Positions 1 to 10,756 of a stretch of 36,660 nt of DNA are shown here, piece after piece. The position numbers and the translations under genes are program-made. Position 1 is the first letter of the stretch. Every line of letters starts with the position of its first letter. The notes under the pieces were generated by a model. That model ran no database searches, was not told the origin of the DNA, and saw nothing but the letters and a program-made list of their open reading frames with translations. Source of the stretch: Schmidtea nova (taxonomy: Eukaryota); contig CM097882.1 of NCBI GenBank assembly GCA_044892505.1, positions 213,121,341-213,158,000 of the forward strand, given 5' to 3'.

Positions 1-949
1 AAAATAGAGAAGAGGTTCTTTCTGAACTGAAAGCTGTTTACCAACAAGCTGTTTGCCCATCCACAGCAACAATTTCTCGTTGGTTCAATTACTTTCAGAG
101 TGGTAGAACCTCCGTGGTGGACGAAGAAAGATCTGGAAGACCCTCAGAAATTGATGAAAAACTAACGCAAAAGCTGCAGACAATCGTGCAAAACGAGAGA
201 AAAATAACGACGAGAGAGCTCACAACCCGTCTAAATGTGAGCAAAGGCACTGTGCATACTCTCCTCACTGAAAGTGGTATTCGAAAACTATGTTCCCGTT
301 TTGTACCACGCTTATTAACGGTGGAAATGCGACAACGACGGTTGGAGTGCTGCTTGGAGAATCTGCAGATCAGGACCAATGTTGGAGACCGTTTCATTGA
401 TAATATCATCACTGTGGACGAGACACCGCGTTCCCTTTATGTATCCGAATCTAAAAGAGAGTCTCAAGAATGGAAACTGCCAGGAGAAAGCAGCTCACTG
501 AAAATGCGGTCCTCAACTTGCCACCGAAAGGCTCTCATGCTGACGGTGTTTTGGGACGACAATGGCATTATTCTGACTGACTTTGCTGAATCCGGCGTGA
601 AGATCAATAGTTCTTACTACTCCAACATCGTGTGATCTCTATTTTTTACAACGATAATGCTCCTATCCACACCAGCAGCGTTTCTATGGCCAAAATTGAG
701 CGTTGCGGGCTCAATTTGCTTCCCTATCCACCATACAGCCCCGATTTAGCTCCCTCCGAAATTTTCCTGTTTAACCATCTTAAGAAGCATCTGCGGGGCT
801 AGGTGTTTGCCAACAAACATGATTTGAGAGCAGCCATGGAGAGTTTTCTGGGAGAAAGGCCTCAAGAATTGTTCAAAAACGCCTTCGAAAACCTCGTTAT
901 TCGCTAGGAAAATTGTGTCAGTGCAGAAGGAAATTATTTTGAGAAATGA
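1..949 (+). pseudogene. Mariner-family (Tc1/mariner) transposase, decayed; N-terminus lies before the window
   Basis: Frame from nt 3 reads ..ATISRWFNYFQSGRTSVVDEERSGRP (HTH), then KLCSRFVPRLL and ITVDETP (first catalytic D). After a deletion/frameshift near 632-645 it reads NDNAPIH..PPYSPDLAPSE..EGNYFEK* with two internal TAG stops. Confidence 0.93.
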
Positions 950-1015
950 TGCCTATTTACCATGCTTGTTCTAAATACAAAGTTTTGTGTTGATATCTTA
1001 AGTCTTTCTATTTTA

Positions 1016-1044
1016 GTCTCACGACTTATTGAGCGCACCACGTA
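1016..1044 (-). mobile_element. Probable right terminal inverted repeat of the mariner element plus TA target site
   Basis: Reverse complement TA-CGTGGTGCGCTCAATAAGTCGTGAGAC resembles mariner termini, ends at a TA (1043-1044) and lies ~70 bp after the transposase stop. The left TIR is outside the window. Confidence 0.65.
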
Positions 1045-1102
1045 TCATAATTATCTTTTTCTTTCACCTTTGATCTTTTCTTAATATTAATATCAATAAT
1101 TC

Positions 1103-1168
1103 CCATAAAGGATGTGCCGAAATATTGTGTACTTATTTAAAGAAACTTTGATCTATAGTCTTACCATT
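1103..1168 (+). repeat. Dispersed repeat module, also present as the hairpin arms at 21828-21960
   Basis: ATAAAGGATGTGCCGAAATATTGTGT..TTTGATCTATAGTC matches 21903-21961 (ATAAAGGCTGTGCCGAAATATTGTGT..TTTGATCTATAGTC). Both copies are followed shortly by an N-run. Confidence 0.75.
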
Positions 1169-1701
1169 NNNNNNNNNNNNNNNNNNNNNNNNNNNNNNNN
1201 NNNNNNNNNNNNNNNNNNNNNNNNNNNNNNNNNNNNNNNNNNNNNNNNNNNNNNNNNNNNNNNNNNNNNNNNNNNNNNNNNNNNNNNNNNNNNNNNNNNN
1301 NNNNNNNNNNNNNNNNNNNNNNNNNNNNNNNNNNNNNNNNNNNNNNNNNNNNNNNNNNNNNNNNNNNNNNNNNNNNNNNNNNNNNNNNNNNNNNNNNNNN
1401 NNNNNNNNNNNNNNNNNNNNCGAGTTTTTGAGGCGTTTGATTGGATTTTCAGAGTGTTTAATACTTTTTTTCTTGGAAAAGTGGCATAAAATTGAGAAAT
1501 CCCTATTATATTATAGGGAAAAGATAGTGCAACAACCAATGGGGCACAATTACAAAGAACGCAACCTCATTGGTTTCAATAAATGGAATAATGAGCAGAA
1601 AAGTTCGAAAAACAAAACAAATTAAATTAGGAACATTGCTCCGCTCAATTAGACTGATGAAAAAAGAGCTAAAAGCTCACTAAATTATTAATATTATTAT
1701 A

Positions 1702-2269
1702 CTAATTATTATAAATATTATGATTGGTTCGCCCAGCGGTTTCCTTTCGGCGCGTTTCCGATAATTCTTTATTTTCAGCTTGTTGTAACATCGCTACCAT
1801 CTTTACGAGAATCATAATATTTGATGTTTCAGGCGGATAATGGATTTCATTCCACGTTTCAAACGTATCTAGAAACTCCTTAGAAACACTTTCGTTTGAT
1901 GAACATAAAAATTTATGATGTATTGAAAAGGCTTTTTCAAGGTAATATTTACTGCAATATTTAGCACCACACTTTTCACAGTTACAAAACGATGATTTTA
2001 ATGAGGAAATTACACAAAATTGTTTGTAAGGAGCAACTAACGAACTATCTCCCGTTAACCGTTTTAAATTCTCATCAAAACCCTCAAGAGGTTTCATACA
2101 TTCTTCGCATGCACTGTAGTTATATTTTTCTGTTCCAGGAATACTGAATTTGAACAAGTGGTTCCTCTTCAAATAAAACTGAATCCTTTTGAATATCAGT
2201 TTCAGCTAAAAGCCCTCGTCCGATTAACGATCCAAAGAATTGCCAAGATATCACTCTCCCCGATCTCAT
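1702..2269 (-). pseudogene. SMYD5: SMYD5-like SET/MYND methyltransferase, N-terminal part only
   Basis: ATG at 2269 gives MRSGRVISWQFFGSLIGRGLLAETDIQKDSVLFEEEPLVQIQYSWNRK. After one extra A in an A5 run (~2124-2128) it continues YNYSACEECMKPLE..ENLKRLTG..CEKCGAKYCS..WNEIHYPPETSNIMILVKMVAMLQQAENKE. This matches the SMYD5 hallmarks EENAQRLTG and [21 protein letters not shown]. Homology stops at ~1770 and the C-terminal SET half is absent. Confidence 0.85.
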
Positions 2270-2544
2270 GACTCCAATGCAATAGAACGATGCAAAAAAT
2301 CCAAATCAAGCCACGCTAAAAACAATTTATTCAAAATCGAAACAAAACTCCCATTAATTCCATTAAAGCCGAAATAAACATAATTAAATTCAAAAACTTC
2401 CCAAAATTCCTAAATTCACTGACACAGATAAACAACAAAAATCTAAACCACTAAATTACCAATAATTAAAGTTAATTCAAAAGTCCACACGAAATTACAA
2501 TTAATCCCATAAAACAACTCAAATAATCAAAAATTAACTCACCA

Positions 2545-3021
2545 TTAAAAACCAAAACACCCAGTTAAAATCCGCTGGTATTTTATATGACGCATTTCTA
2601 GTAATTGGTTTTTTTTCTCACTTTTTGGTAAAGAAAGACTGTTAATCGGGGAAGACTCAATTTTGGTTAATTTAATTTTCTTTTGATTTGGAGATTTGTG
2701 ATCATCTGATAAGCTGCTGGAAGATTCAGAAACTTGATTATTAACAATCTTTTTATTGAGAAAATCATATTCATTGAGTTTACATGATGTTCTACTTCTT
2801 AAACGAGATGATATTGGAGGAACATTTGCGATTGTTTCTTTAGAATTGTTTAACTCCATTGAGCTATTGTTTGAATGATAAGAATTCATATCACTTGATC
2901 TTTTGCGAGATTTCGTTATAAAATTTACATTTGTCGTTGATAATTTAATATTACAATTATCTTTTAGAATTTTTGAATTACTGTATATTGTCGTACTACG
3001 AGTGAAACGCTTTTCTTTCAT
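2545..3021 (-). CDS. Hypothetical 158-aa S/N/K-rich, probably disordered protein or captured N-terminal fragment
   Basis: Long ATG-initiated ORF for such AT-rich DNA, with basic NLS-like patches (KSRKRSS, PNQKKIKL). No family recognised. Confidence 0.4.
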   Translation of the reverse strand: MKEKRFTRSTTIYSNSKILKDNCNIKLSTTNVNFITKSRKRSSDMNSYHSNNSSMELNNSKETIANVPPISSRLRSRTSCKLNEYDFLNKKIVNNQVSESSSSLSDDHKSPNQKKIKLTKIESSPINSLSLPKSEKKNQLLEMRHIKYQRILTGCFGF

Positions 3022-3139
3022 CTTAATTCACGAAAAATATTTACAATTAACTTTATTGTAAAAATTTCATAATTCAAAATTCAAAATAAGAAACTAGTTA
3101 AACAATCGTTTAGAATCAGTAACCACGAACTATTATAGT

Positions 3140-3221
3140 CATATAAGATTTATATATATTTCGATAAGTCCGTCTTTACGGCTTCCAGGCTTACTCGAGA
3201 ATCTCTCACAGCAGTCAAAGC
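3140..3221 (-). promoter_or_regulatory. Second, diverged copy of the promoter-like module found upstream of the GBF1 fragment
   Basis: Direct repeat of 3455-3541 (CATATAAGATTTATATA..TCGATAAG.CCGTC..CGGCTTCCAGGCT..AATCTCTCACAGC). The minus strand contains GGAAG, TATCGA and TATATAAA. Confidence 0.55.
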
Positions 3222-3439
3222 TCTAGAAATGGTGAGAGAAATTCCAGCGGTTTTAGTTCTGATAGATCATTTATCTGAGATAATGTAGATTTAAGGCTCG
3301 ATAAATTACTGTACCACGGATCTGATATTTCTTCTTGATAAGAACAAATTGCGTTGCCTTTCATTCTTCCTTTCATGGCAGCCAACAATAATGTTACTTC
3401 TAATTGAACGACATATTTAGCATCTTTCTTGCTGGTCAT
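3215..3439 (-). pseudogene. GBF1: GBF1/Gea Arf-GEF N-terminal fragment (74 aa)
   Basis: KYVVQLEVTLLLAAMK..EEISDPWYSNLSSLKSTLSQINDLSELKPLEFLSPFLEL aligns with the GBF1 N-terminus as I recall it (IYIIQGEINIVVGAIK..DPLLHSFGHLKEVLNSITELSEIEPNVFLRPFLEV). It ends abruptly where repeat 3140-3221 begins. Confidence 0.8.
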
Positions 3440-3454
3440 TTAGAATAGATATTG

Positions 3455-3541
3455 CATATAAGATTTATATAGATGTCGATAAGACCGTCCAACGGCTTCC
3501 GGCTTCCAGGCTCGCCCCACAATCTCTCACAGCGATCAAGC
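3455..3541 (-). promoter_or_regulatory. Promoter-like module directly upstream of the GBF1 ATG
   Basis: Minus strand: tandem ETS-like GGAAGCCGGAAG, DRE-like TATCGA, and TATATAAA ~25-30 nt before ATG 3439. Confidence 0.55.
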
Positions 3542-3763
3542 ACCCAATTAATTACTTTAATTATTATTTAATTAATTTTAAAAATATTTTAAGAGCGNNN
3601 NNNNNNNNNNNNNNNNNNNNNNNNNNNNNNNNNNNNNNNNNNNNNNNNNNNNNNNNNNNNNNNNNNNNNNNNNNNNNNNNNNNNNNNNNNNNNNNNNNNN
3701 NNNNNNNNNNNNNNNNNNNNNNNNNNNNNNNNNNNNNNNNNNNNNNNNNNNNNATGGCACTAA

Positions 3764-4733
3764 AATAATTAACAACAAACGCCAATCCAAATATATATTT
3801 TGCACAATATATTTTGAGAACTTAATTCTCTTCATCAGGTGCTACCCAATCTTACATTCAAATATAAATCAAATAAATCGATTTTTTCGAACAAATTAGT
3901 ATTAATTTTTAAAATAAAATATATATTTTAAATTCTATTATAGTCAAAAAATTTAAATCGATTAAAAATTTTTTAATTTAAATAAATTAATCTTAAAAAT
4001 ATAATATTCTTTTATTTTTTTACAAAAAAATATTTTTTTAAGAATATATTATAAATATTTTCATATTTATAAACAACAGAATGATTGAAAACGAAATCCA
4101 TAATACCCAATTTACTTAATTTACTTAAACCGCAAAAAATGAGGCAAACACACGGACTCAAAACTCTCACACTCACATATTCACAAACAACGATATGACT
4201 GAAAACAACGCTAAATCCCATTAATTGACTCCGCTCTGAAACTCGAATACAGAGAAGACGGGCAGTCTTTTCCAATGTATTTCAGAGCGGAGTCAATTAA
4301 TGGGATTTAGCGTTGTTTTCAGTCATATCGTTGTTTGTGAATATGTGAGTGTCTTTTCTGTACTCGAGTTTTAGAGCATTTTCAATTGGGTATTATGGAT
4401 TTCGTTTTCAATCATTCTGTTGTTTATAAATATGAAAATATTTATAATATATTCTTAAAAAAAATATTTTTTTGTAAAAAAATAAAAGAATATTATATTT
4501 TTAAGATTAATTTATTTAAATTAAAAAATTTTTAATCGATTTAAATTTTTTGACTATAATAGAATTTAAAATATATATTTTATTTTAAAAATTAATACTA
4601 ATTTGTTCGAAAAGATCGATTTATTTGATTTATATTTGAATGTAAGATTGGGTAGCACCTGATGAAGAGAATTAAGTTCTCGAAATATATTGTGCAAAAT
4701 ATATATTTGGATTGGCGTATGTTGTTAATTATT
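3764..4733. repeat. ~970-bp imperfect palindrome with a 38-bp spacer (4242-4279)
   Basis: 3764-4241 is the reverse complement of 4280-4733, apart from about three substitutions and one non-matching internal block (~4115-4170 versus ~4351-4382). Confidence 0.93.
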
Positions 4734-5200
4734 ATAATTATTATTACTATTACTATTATTACAATTATAATTATTGTTATTATCCTTACAATTTTATTAT
4801 TATTAGTATTATTACTTTAGTAATACTATTATTATATCACATGAAAGTTTCATTATAGCTATTATTATTATCACAATTATTAAAATTAATAGTATTAGGA
4901 GAAACCGTAAAGAATATTTTCTTGAATAATATACGTGTTAATTNNNNNNNNNNNNNNNNNNNNNNNNNNNNNNNNNNNNNNNNNNNNNNNNNNNNNNNNN
5001 NNNNNNNNNNNNNNNNNNNNNNNNNNNNNNNNNNNNNNNNNNNNNNNNNNNNNNNNNNNNNNNNNNNNNNNNNNNNNNNGTTATTACAATCGTCATTACA
5101 ATTATTGCCAATTATTACAATCATTATGGTTGCTCCAATACTTTCGGTATCGTCATTACTATTAGTTATTAGTCGAAGAAGTCTCTTTTGTGATCTCATT
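4734..5200. repeat. Degenerate (ATT/ATC)n low-complexity tract containing an N-run
   Basis: Visible triplet-periodic AT-rich sequence. Confidence 0.7.
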
Positions 5201-5389
5201 TAACATTTCGGTGCAATTCTGGTCGACTGCCAGATTAGTGATATTGTTTTGTCTTACTCATTCATTATGAAGTCGGTTGATGGTCAGTTTTCTAGTTTTA
5301 AATAACGTTATTTCCTTTGTTTTGGTTGCCTTTTATGTGATTAATTTTCTATCTTTCAGCATAATTACCAGATTCAAATTGTTGATTAT

Positions 5390-6182
5390 TGTATTGAAAG
5401 GCTGAAAAGCATTAAATTTGCAACTAATAATTAAATACAAAAAAATTAATTAAAAATTTGAAAATTAAAAATAAAGATTTAACGAAGGAAATTGGTATAT
5501 ACGGATGGCAAATTGGGAGACGAGTACGAATATGATAATAAAATATCAATGAGTGGTCCACAGAAAAAGATTTTCAGTAAATAGAAATTAATTAAAAATT
5601 TTTGAATAATTTATTAGTCATGTAGAAAACCCGAATCAAGGGAAAACCCGAGTGCATGGGAGATCTGAGCTAGTGGAGAGCCCGAACAAAGGGAAGCCCT
5701 AGAGGAAATCGAATTACCAAAAGCGCGGATCAAATAAATCAAATTAGAACAAATTCTAATTAGCAAAATTTCAATTACGAAAATTCATAATCGAATTTGA
5801 CCGCAAGTTTGGAAAACATAACCAATTTGTTGAAAAATTGGTAATCTATAAAAGGGGCAAGAAAAACAGCAAATTGCCAGTTTGGTCGAAGAAAATTTCC
5901 AATGTTTAAAAGAGTGGGTAAATCAAAAGGAGATCGTTGTAAAGAAAACATTAGCCAATCAAGCGTCTCAGAAAGGGCAATCTACCTTTGGTAGACCTAA
6001 CCCTATCGCTTAGAAGAAGAGTGCAGAAAGAGAGTGTAGAAACAATAAAGACTACTGATTTTAGTTGTTGTGAATTGTCAGATTTGAATAAATAAAATTT
6101 ATTGTGTTGGGTCTCAGTTACATTGCTACTGACGGAGGACAAGTAGTCAGAAACTAGACTGACTCAGATTAATAACCCAACA
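5390..6182 (+). mobile_element. Solo-LTR-like dispersed repeat, copy 1
   Basis: Homologous to 11220-12017 (GAAATTGGTAT..GAGACGAGTACGAATATGATAATAAAATATCAATG, GTAGAAAACCCGA, AAGTTTGGTCGAAG, AAGAAGAGTG). Has TATAAAA (~5847) and AATAAA followed by TGTGTTGGG, and ends ..CCCAAACA. The 5' end is not recognisable. Confidence 0.65.
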
Positions 6183-9100
6183 TGCGCAATGGTTTTTATA
6201 TTAAAATTCGTTTCCTTAAAAGAATAGAATTTTTTTGTTTTATTTTCAAATTAAATTCTTCTTTAAATATCAAGAACAGTCTGTTGAGGTTCCCCGAATC
6301 TCAACTTGGTATCTTATATAAATAAATAAGATAACACTGGTTAAAAGATTTTATTCAAATATAACAAATACAAATTACCTCAAAAAATTATTAAAGATTT
6401 ATAATGTCGTTCCTTTAATGTGTAAATATATGTGTATGCGTGTGTATGCGTGAATGCCTTCTGAGCTCGATATCTTGTATGCTCGAAATTATTATTTCAA
6501 TAGTCGATAACAACTATGAAATTCTTCTTACGCAAAGATTTTATGGATGATTTGACTGAAAAATCAGTCAGTTTATATACTAAATTTTAAGGCACTTAAT
6601 CTGTCAATAATGATTGTTATTTTGCCTCTTGAGTTGATTGAAATTGTTTTTGAAAATAGAGTTGTTTTCAAAATTATTTTTTAACCTTGAGATATTATTT
6701 CATTTTTCTAACCTTTGTAGGTCATAAATATAATTTATTTAAACAAACAGTAATTTATTTATTTTTGATTTATTTAAACAATATGTATTATTTATTTATT
6801 TAATTATTATTATTATAATTTATTGAATTAAAATATTTAAATATAACTGAAAATATAATCCATTTTCCAAATAGTTAAAAATATTATTTTTTACATAAAA
6901 TATTTTCAAAACAAAATATTTTTTCAAAATTATATAAAATTTTGTCCATCACCATGAAAAATGTCAATAAATGTTCGCAATATCACAAATGATAAATTGT
7001 CAAATTATAAATTGTCATGCTGATAAATTGTCATTACAAAAATCAATTGTCAACAATATTTTATTAACAGAAACAAAATAAAATTATCCCTTAAAAATAA
7101 AAAGTGCCAGATAGTCACAGCTTAATCACATAATTTTCATCATCATAAAACAAAAGTCAAATGAGATCAACAGTAAAATATCATCATATAAAATCACTAA
7201 AATCATAATGTCGTTGAAGTTGATATTCTCCATTGATTATTGAATTGTCATTGCCATCTGATCCACATGTATATTTATCCTGTACCTTCCATTTCATACT
7301 GTATAATGTTTTAATTTTAAAACCCTTATTCTACGCCCATTTTCTAACAAGTCTGACACACATATTTCACAGTTTCAGCGAATGAATGGATTGTCAGAAT
7401 TATGAGAAAGAATACAGGTAATTATATTAAAGTTGTAGTAGAAATCTGATTTCATTTTATCATAAAAGATATTCATTAATATATATTGCAGTAAAAAGTA
7501 AAATTGTCAGCAAATCTAGCGGTTGTAAAAGAGCGATCAAAACAAGAAACGAATTAAATTAGAGATTTAATAACTATAAAGTTTGAATTCACAAAGAATT
7601 GGTTATGTGGTGATTGTGGTCAAAAGGAGAGGATGAATGATTAAAATTATGATGAGATTTTATATCATAAAAGTCTGCTTAACTAAGATTTGAGGATGTA
7701 ATAGTTAATTTAAATATTTTCGGTTTTCTCAATTAGTTAAAAATTTTTTTGTTATGACAGATTACGAGGTGCACCTTCTTTAGAACTCTTCTTTTAACTT
7801 TTCACCTGATTAGTCGCTGTGTAAGTTCACCGAACTTCGATTATGCGAGATCCTCATGCGTATAGACTATATCCAACACATTCCACTGACACGAGAAAGC
7901 TCACTCCGATATCAAGGCAAAAATAGAGCCCCCAGTCAATCATAAGCCAGAGTCTCTCCTTATCTGAGTATAATACAAATCATCAGAACCAGAGCATAAA
8001 CAATTTATGAAATCAAAACAAAACTGAGTTAAAAATAATTTAGATTATTTTTTTCAAAACAAATGAACTTTCAAAATACCATTACACATTTCACAAAATT
8101 CTGTTCTCCTGAATAGCGAATAAAATTTATTCAGTATCCTGCCTAATAAGTTAACTAGGGTAGTAGGAATGAAGTTGAATTGATGATTTCAGCGTTGTCT
8201 TTATACCATAATTATACCATCGTATTTTACACCCATACATTCTGTTATCGAGTTTCATATGTGAATCTGAATATTAATCGTGTACAGAGAAATTTTGATA
8301 TATTAGAATTTATTGAACACATTTAGTCGTTAAATGAATCATTTTATATTTTACTCAATAAAGTTAATTTTTAATTTATTTTTCTAACTATTTGCTATTA
8401 ATTTACTAATATGATACTTGTGTGTACATCATGACAATGCCTTGGTCTTTAGCGTGCATTAAATGATTAATTAAAACAATACAATTTGACTTAATTCTAT
8501 TTTTCTCCTATTTTCTGTAATTTTGATATTTTTATGAGGATTTTATACATTAACTTTTAATAAACTATTTTCTTTATTTTAGTATTACTTAAATATCTTG
8601 ATCATGCTTTTATATATTTTATTATTAGTTATGATCTTCCTCATTCAATTTTTCCGCGGTTCTTCGTATATGAATTTGACCTGCAATCAAATTGTGTGCT
8701 CTCATTTGAGATGCCTGTTTTTATCGTTTTTATCGTTTTTCTTATTTATGGTTCTTGTAACTTCTTGCATTTTATTATTTTAATTAATATTGTTTATCGA
8801 TTCTCTTGCGTTGTTTATATTTTGTATTACTTGGTGTTATCGTGGATTTTAAATTAACTCCCTGTGGTGGTTGTGTATTTTTAACGCATTTAACAAAACG
8901 GGAATTCCACTTCTGTCAGACAGACATTATTTTGAAATATTTATATTATGACATTCAAATCTTTTTAATATAATGAAATTATTTAAAACAATGTAATTTC
9001 AGTTTAAATAATTTAACAGTAAAAGCATAGTTTTTAAAACTCTCTATATTTCACTCTCTTAACTTTTATCAAAAATGAAATTTCAATATGCATTCTCAAT

Positions 9101-9242
9101 GCTATGAAATATTTATTCAAACTTATATAACATATTTTAGATATAATTACGTTATCTCTTTAATCCGAAGTTAATGAATAGATAATAATTTATCTTGAAA
9201 TAAGGAAATAACGCTAGATTTGACATATCAATATTTTTAAAA

Positions 9243-9425
9243 TTAACCCACTTTCCGTGATCGTATCAATCTTAAGTTTTGATAGCATGCAGTGTTCTTG
9301 ACATCAAATTTACTTGCCAAATTTCAGCTCGATCCTATTACAGGAAGTGGGTTAATTTGCCTTCGCAAAATTTGCGTGGTACAATCAATCAAACGCAAAG
9401 TTAATATAGAGAGAGTAAAAATAAA
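9243..9425 (+). repeat. Dispersed repeat resembling a non-autonomous Helentron (HINE/DINE-1-like) 3' end, copy 1
   Basis: Internal inverted repeat TTAACCCACTT..AAGTGGGTTAA. The string CAAATTT.AG.TCGAT..GAAGTGGGTTAA..AAGTTAA.A.A.AGAGT.AAAA is shared with 21040-21150. Family assignment is by resemblance only. Confidence 0.4.
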
Positions 9426-10756
9426 TGTATTGATAGAAAGTAATGAGGATTGATTGAGGTTGTGATGAATCTGCTTTACATTATTATGAGGATTGTTGGG
9501 GAAATAATGTTTTTTATTAGTATTGTGTTGAGGAAGTGTATTGTGGGAGAGATTTGTTGAGCCCAGCTGAGTCACCTGTAAAAGTGTGTCGGGACAACTG
9601 GGGTGGGCGTTATGTACGTGCCTGTAAGTGTTATTGAGTGCGTGTGTATATAGTGTATGCTGTTGGATGACAAAATAACAAAATAACGAAAATTTCTATT
9701 AAATAACGCTTTTATTAAATATTTACAAATTATAACAACATGTACTCACGATTTTTGTAGGAAAGTTTGTTAGGGATTAATATTTCTTTCGTTAAAAAAA
9801 ATCTTTTCCAATAGTTTCTTTCGTTTAATTTTTTGTTTGTTTTTTATAATTTAGTTGGCTTAGTTATTTCTGTTAGAGTTCTTCCAATCTTTTCTATGGT
9901 TCTTAATTACTGTTTTGTGGATATTGTTTTGAATCTTTCTATTGTTGGTTTACTGTCGTTTCAATCGGTTGCTGATTTGTGGTTTTTTTATCCTTAGTAA
10001 TTTTTTTAATCAATTCCCTATTTCTAAGGGTTATTGATTTTTTGTTTAATTTAAATTATTATTTTTTATTTTTTATTTTTAACTATTTTCTGTAATATTT
10101 ATAATTTGACACACACAAATAGGGGGAAAACCACACATGGGGGAACCAAAAATCAAAATTGACAATGACAATAATAACAATAATCAAATTATACAACATT
10201 AAGGATCATGTACTAATTTTAATAAAAAACAGTAAATTACTAAAATATTAAATTATCGGGAATAACTTAATGGAATTGATTATTTACAACGAAATACGCT
10301 GTCCTGAGTTATCCGAGGTTGTATACAAATCGATTTTTAAAAATTATATTTTGAAATACTTGAATCATTACGGACATACAAAATGAAAATAATTTTTCAT
10401 CGAAATACGTTATTTTAAGTATTAGAAATTAAAACTATCTTATTTATATGCAGTTTTCCAAAATCCTGGCACCATTGGTTGATGTAAGACAAAAAATGCT
10501 TTGCTATTGTACATTAAATAAAAAAAATATTTAGATTTTGCATTTTTTCTTTAGAGATTACCCGGAATTTATGAGTCTTTTTCGTTTTCATTTCGAATAT
10601 ATGAGAGTCTACTGAATGTTTAATTATAACTTCTTTATCACTATTATACAAAAATGTCTTCACAAAAGTATGATAATTATTTTGCAGATATTTCACAAAT
10701 GTAAATAAAACACGCATCTCATACTGTTTTTTTCAAAAAGAGTACATAGTGCATAT

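Noticed and set aside
95-412. Antisense or alternative-frame ORFs over real genes (95-412, 13213-13425, 13938-14141, 15981-16214, 16663-16848, 17042-17266, 18517-18720, 19935-20246, 25439-25832, 26553-26807, 32589-33145, 34083-34295, 34510-34692)
   Set aside because: Shadows of the transposase, fimbrin, Gypsy and Polinton frames, with no independent motifs.
1112-5203. ORF-track entries containing X runs (also at 21396-22207 and 28123-28503)
   Set aside because: They are open only because N codons cannot be stops; the flanking residues show no protein signal.
6282-6620. Block starting TGTTGAGGTTC, like the solo-LTR family end, with minus-strand TATA and AATAAA
   Set aside because: No second terminus, TSD or further similarity found; possibly another solo LTR but unsupported.
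7860-7960. Minus-strand GATATAGTC resembling a group I intron S/P7 element
   Set aside because: Only a 9-nt match, weak P7 partner, no host gene and no other core helices.
8598-9575. Hydrophobic or N/H-rich short ORFs (8598-8783, 9324-9575; likewise 23735-23917, 24770-25021)
   Set aside because: Composition is explained by T-rich or A/C-rich strand bias; no recognisable domain.
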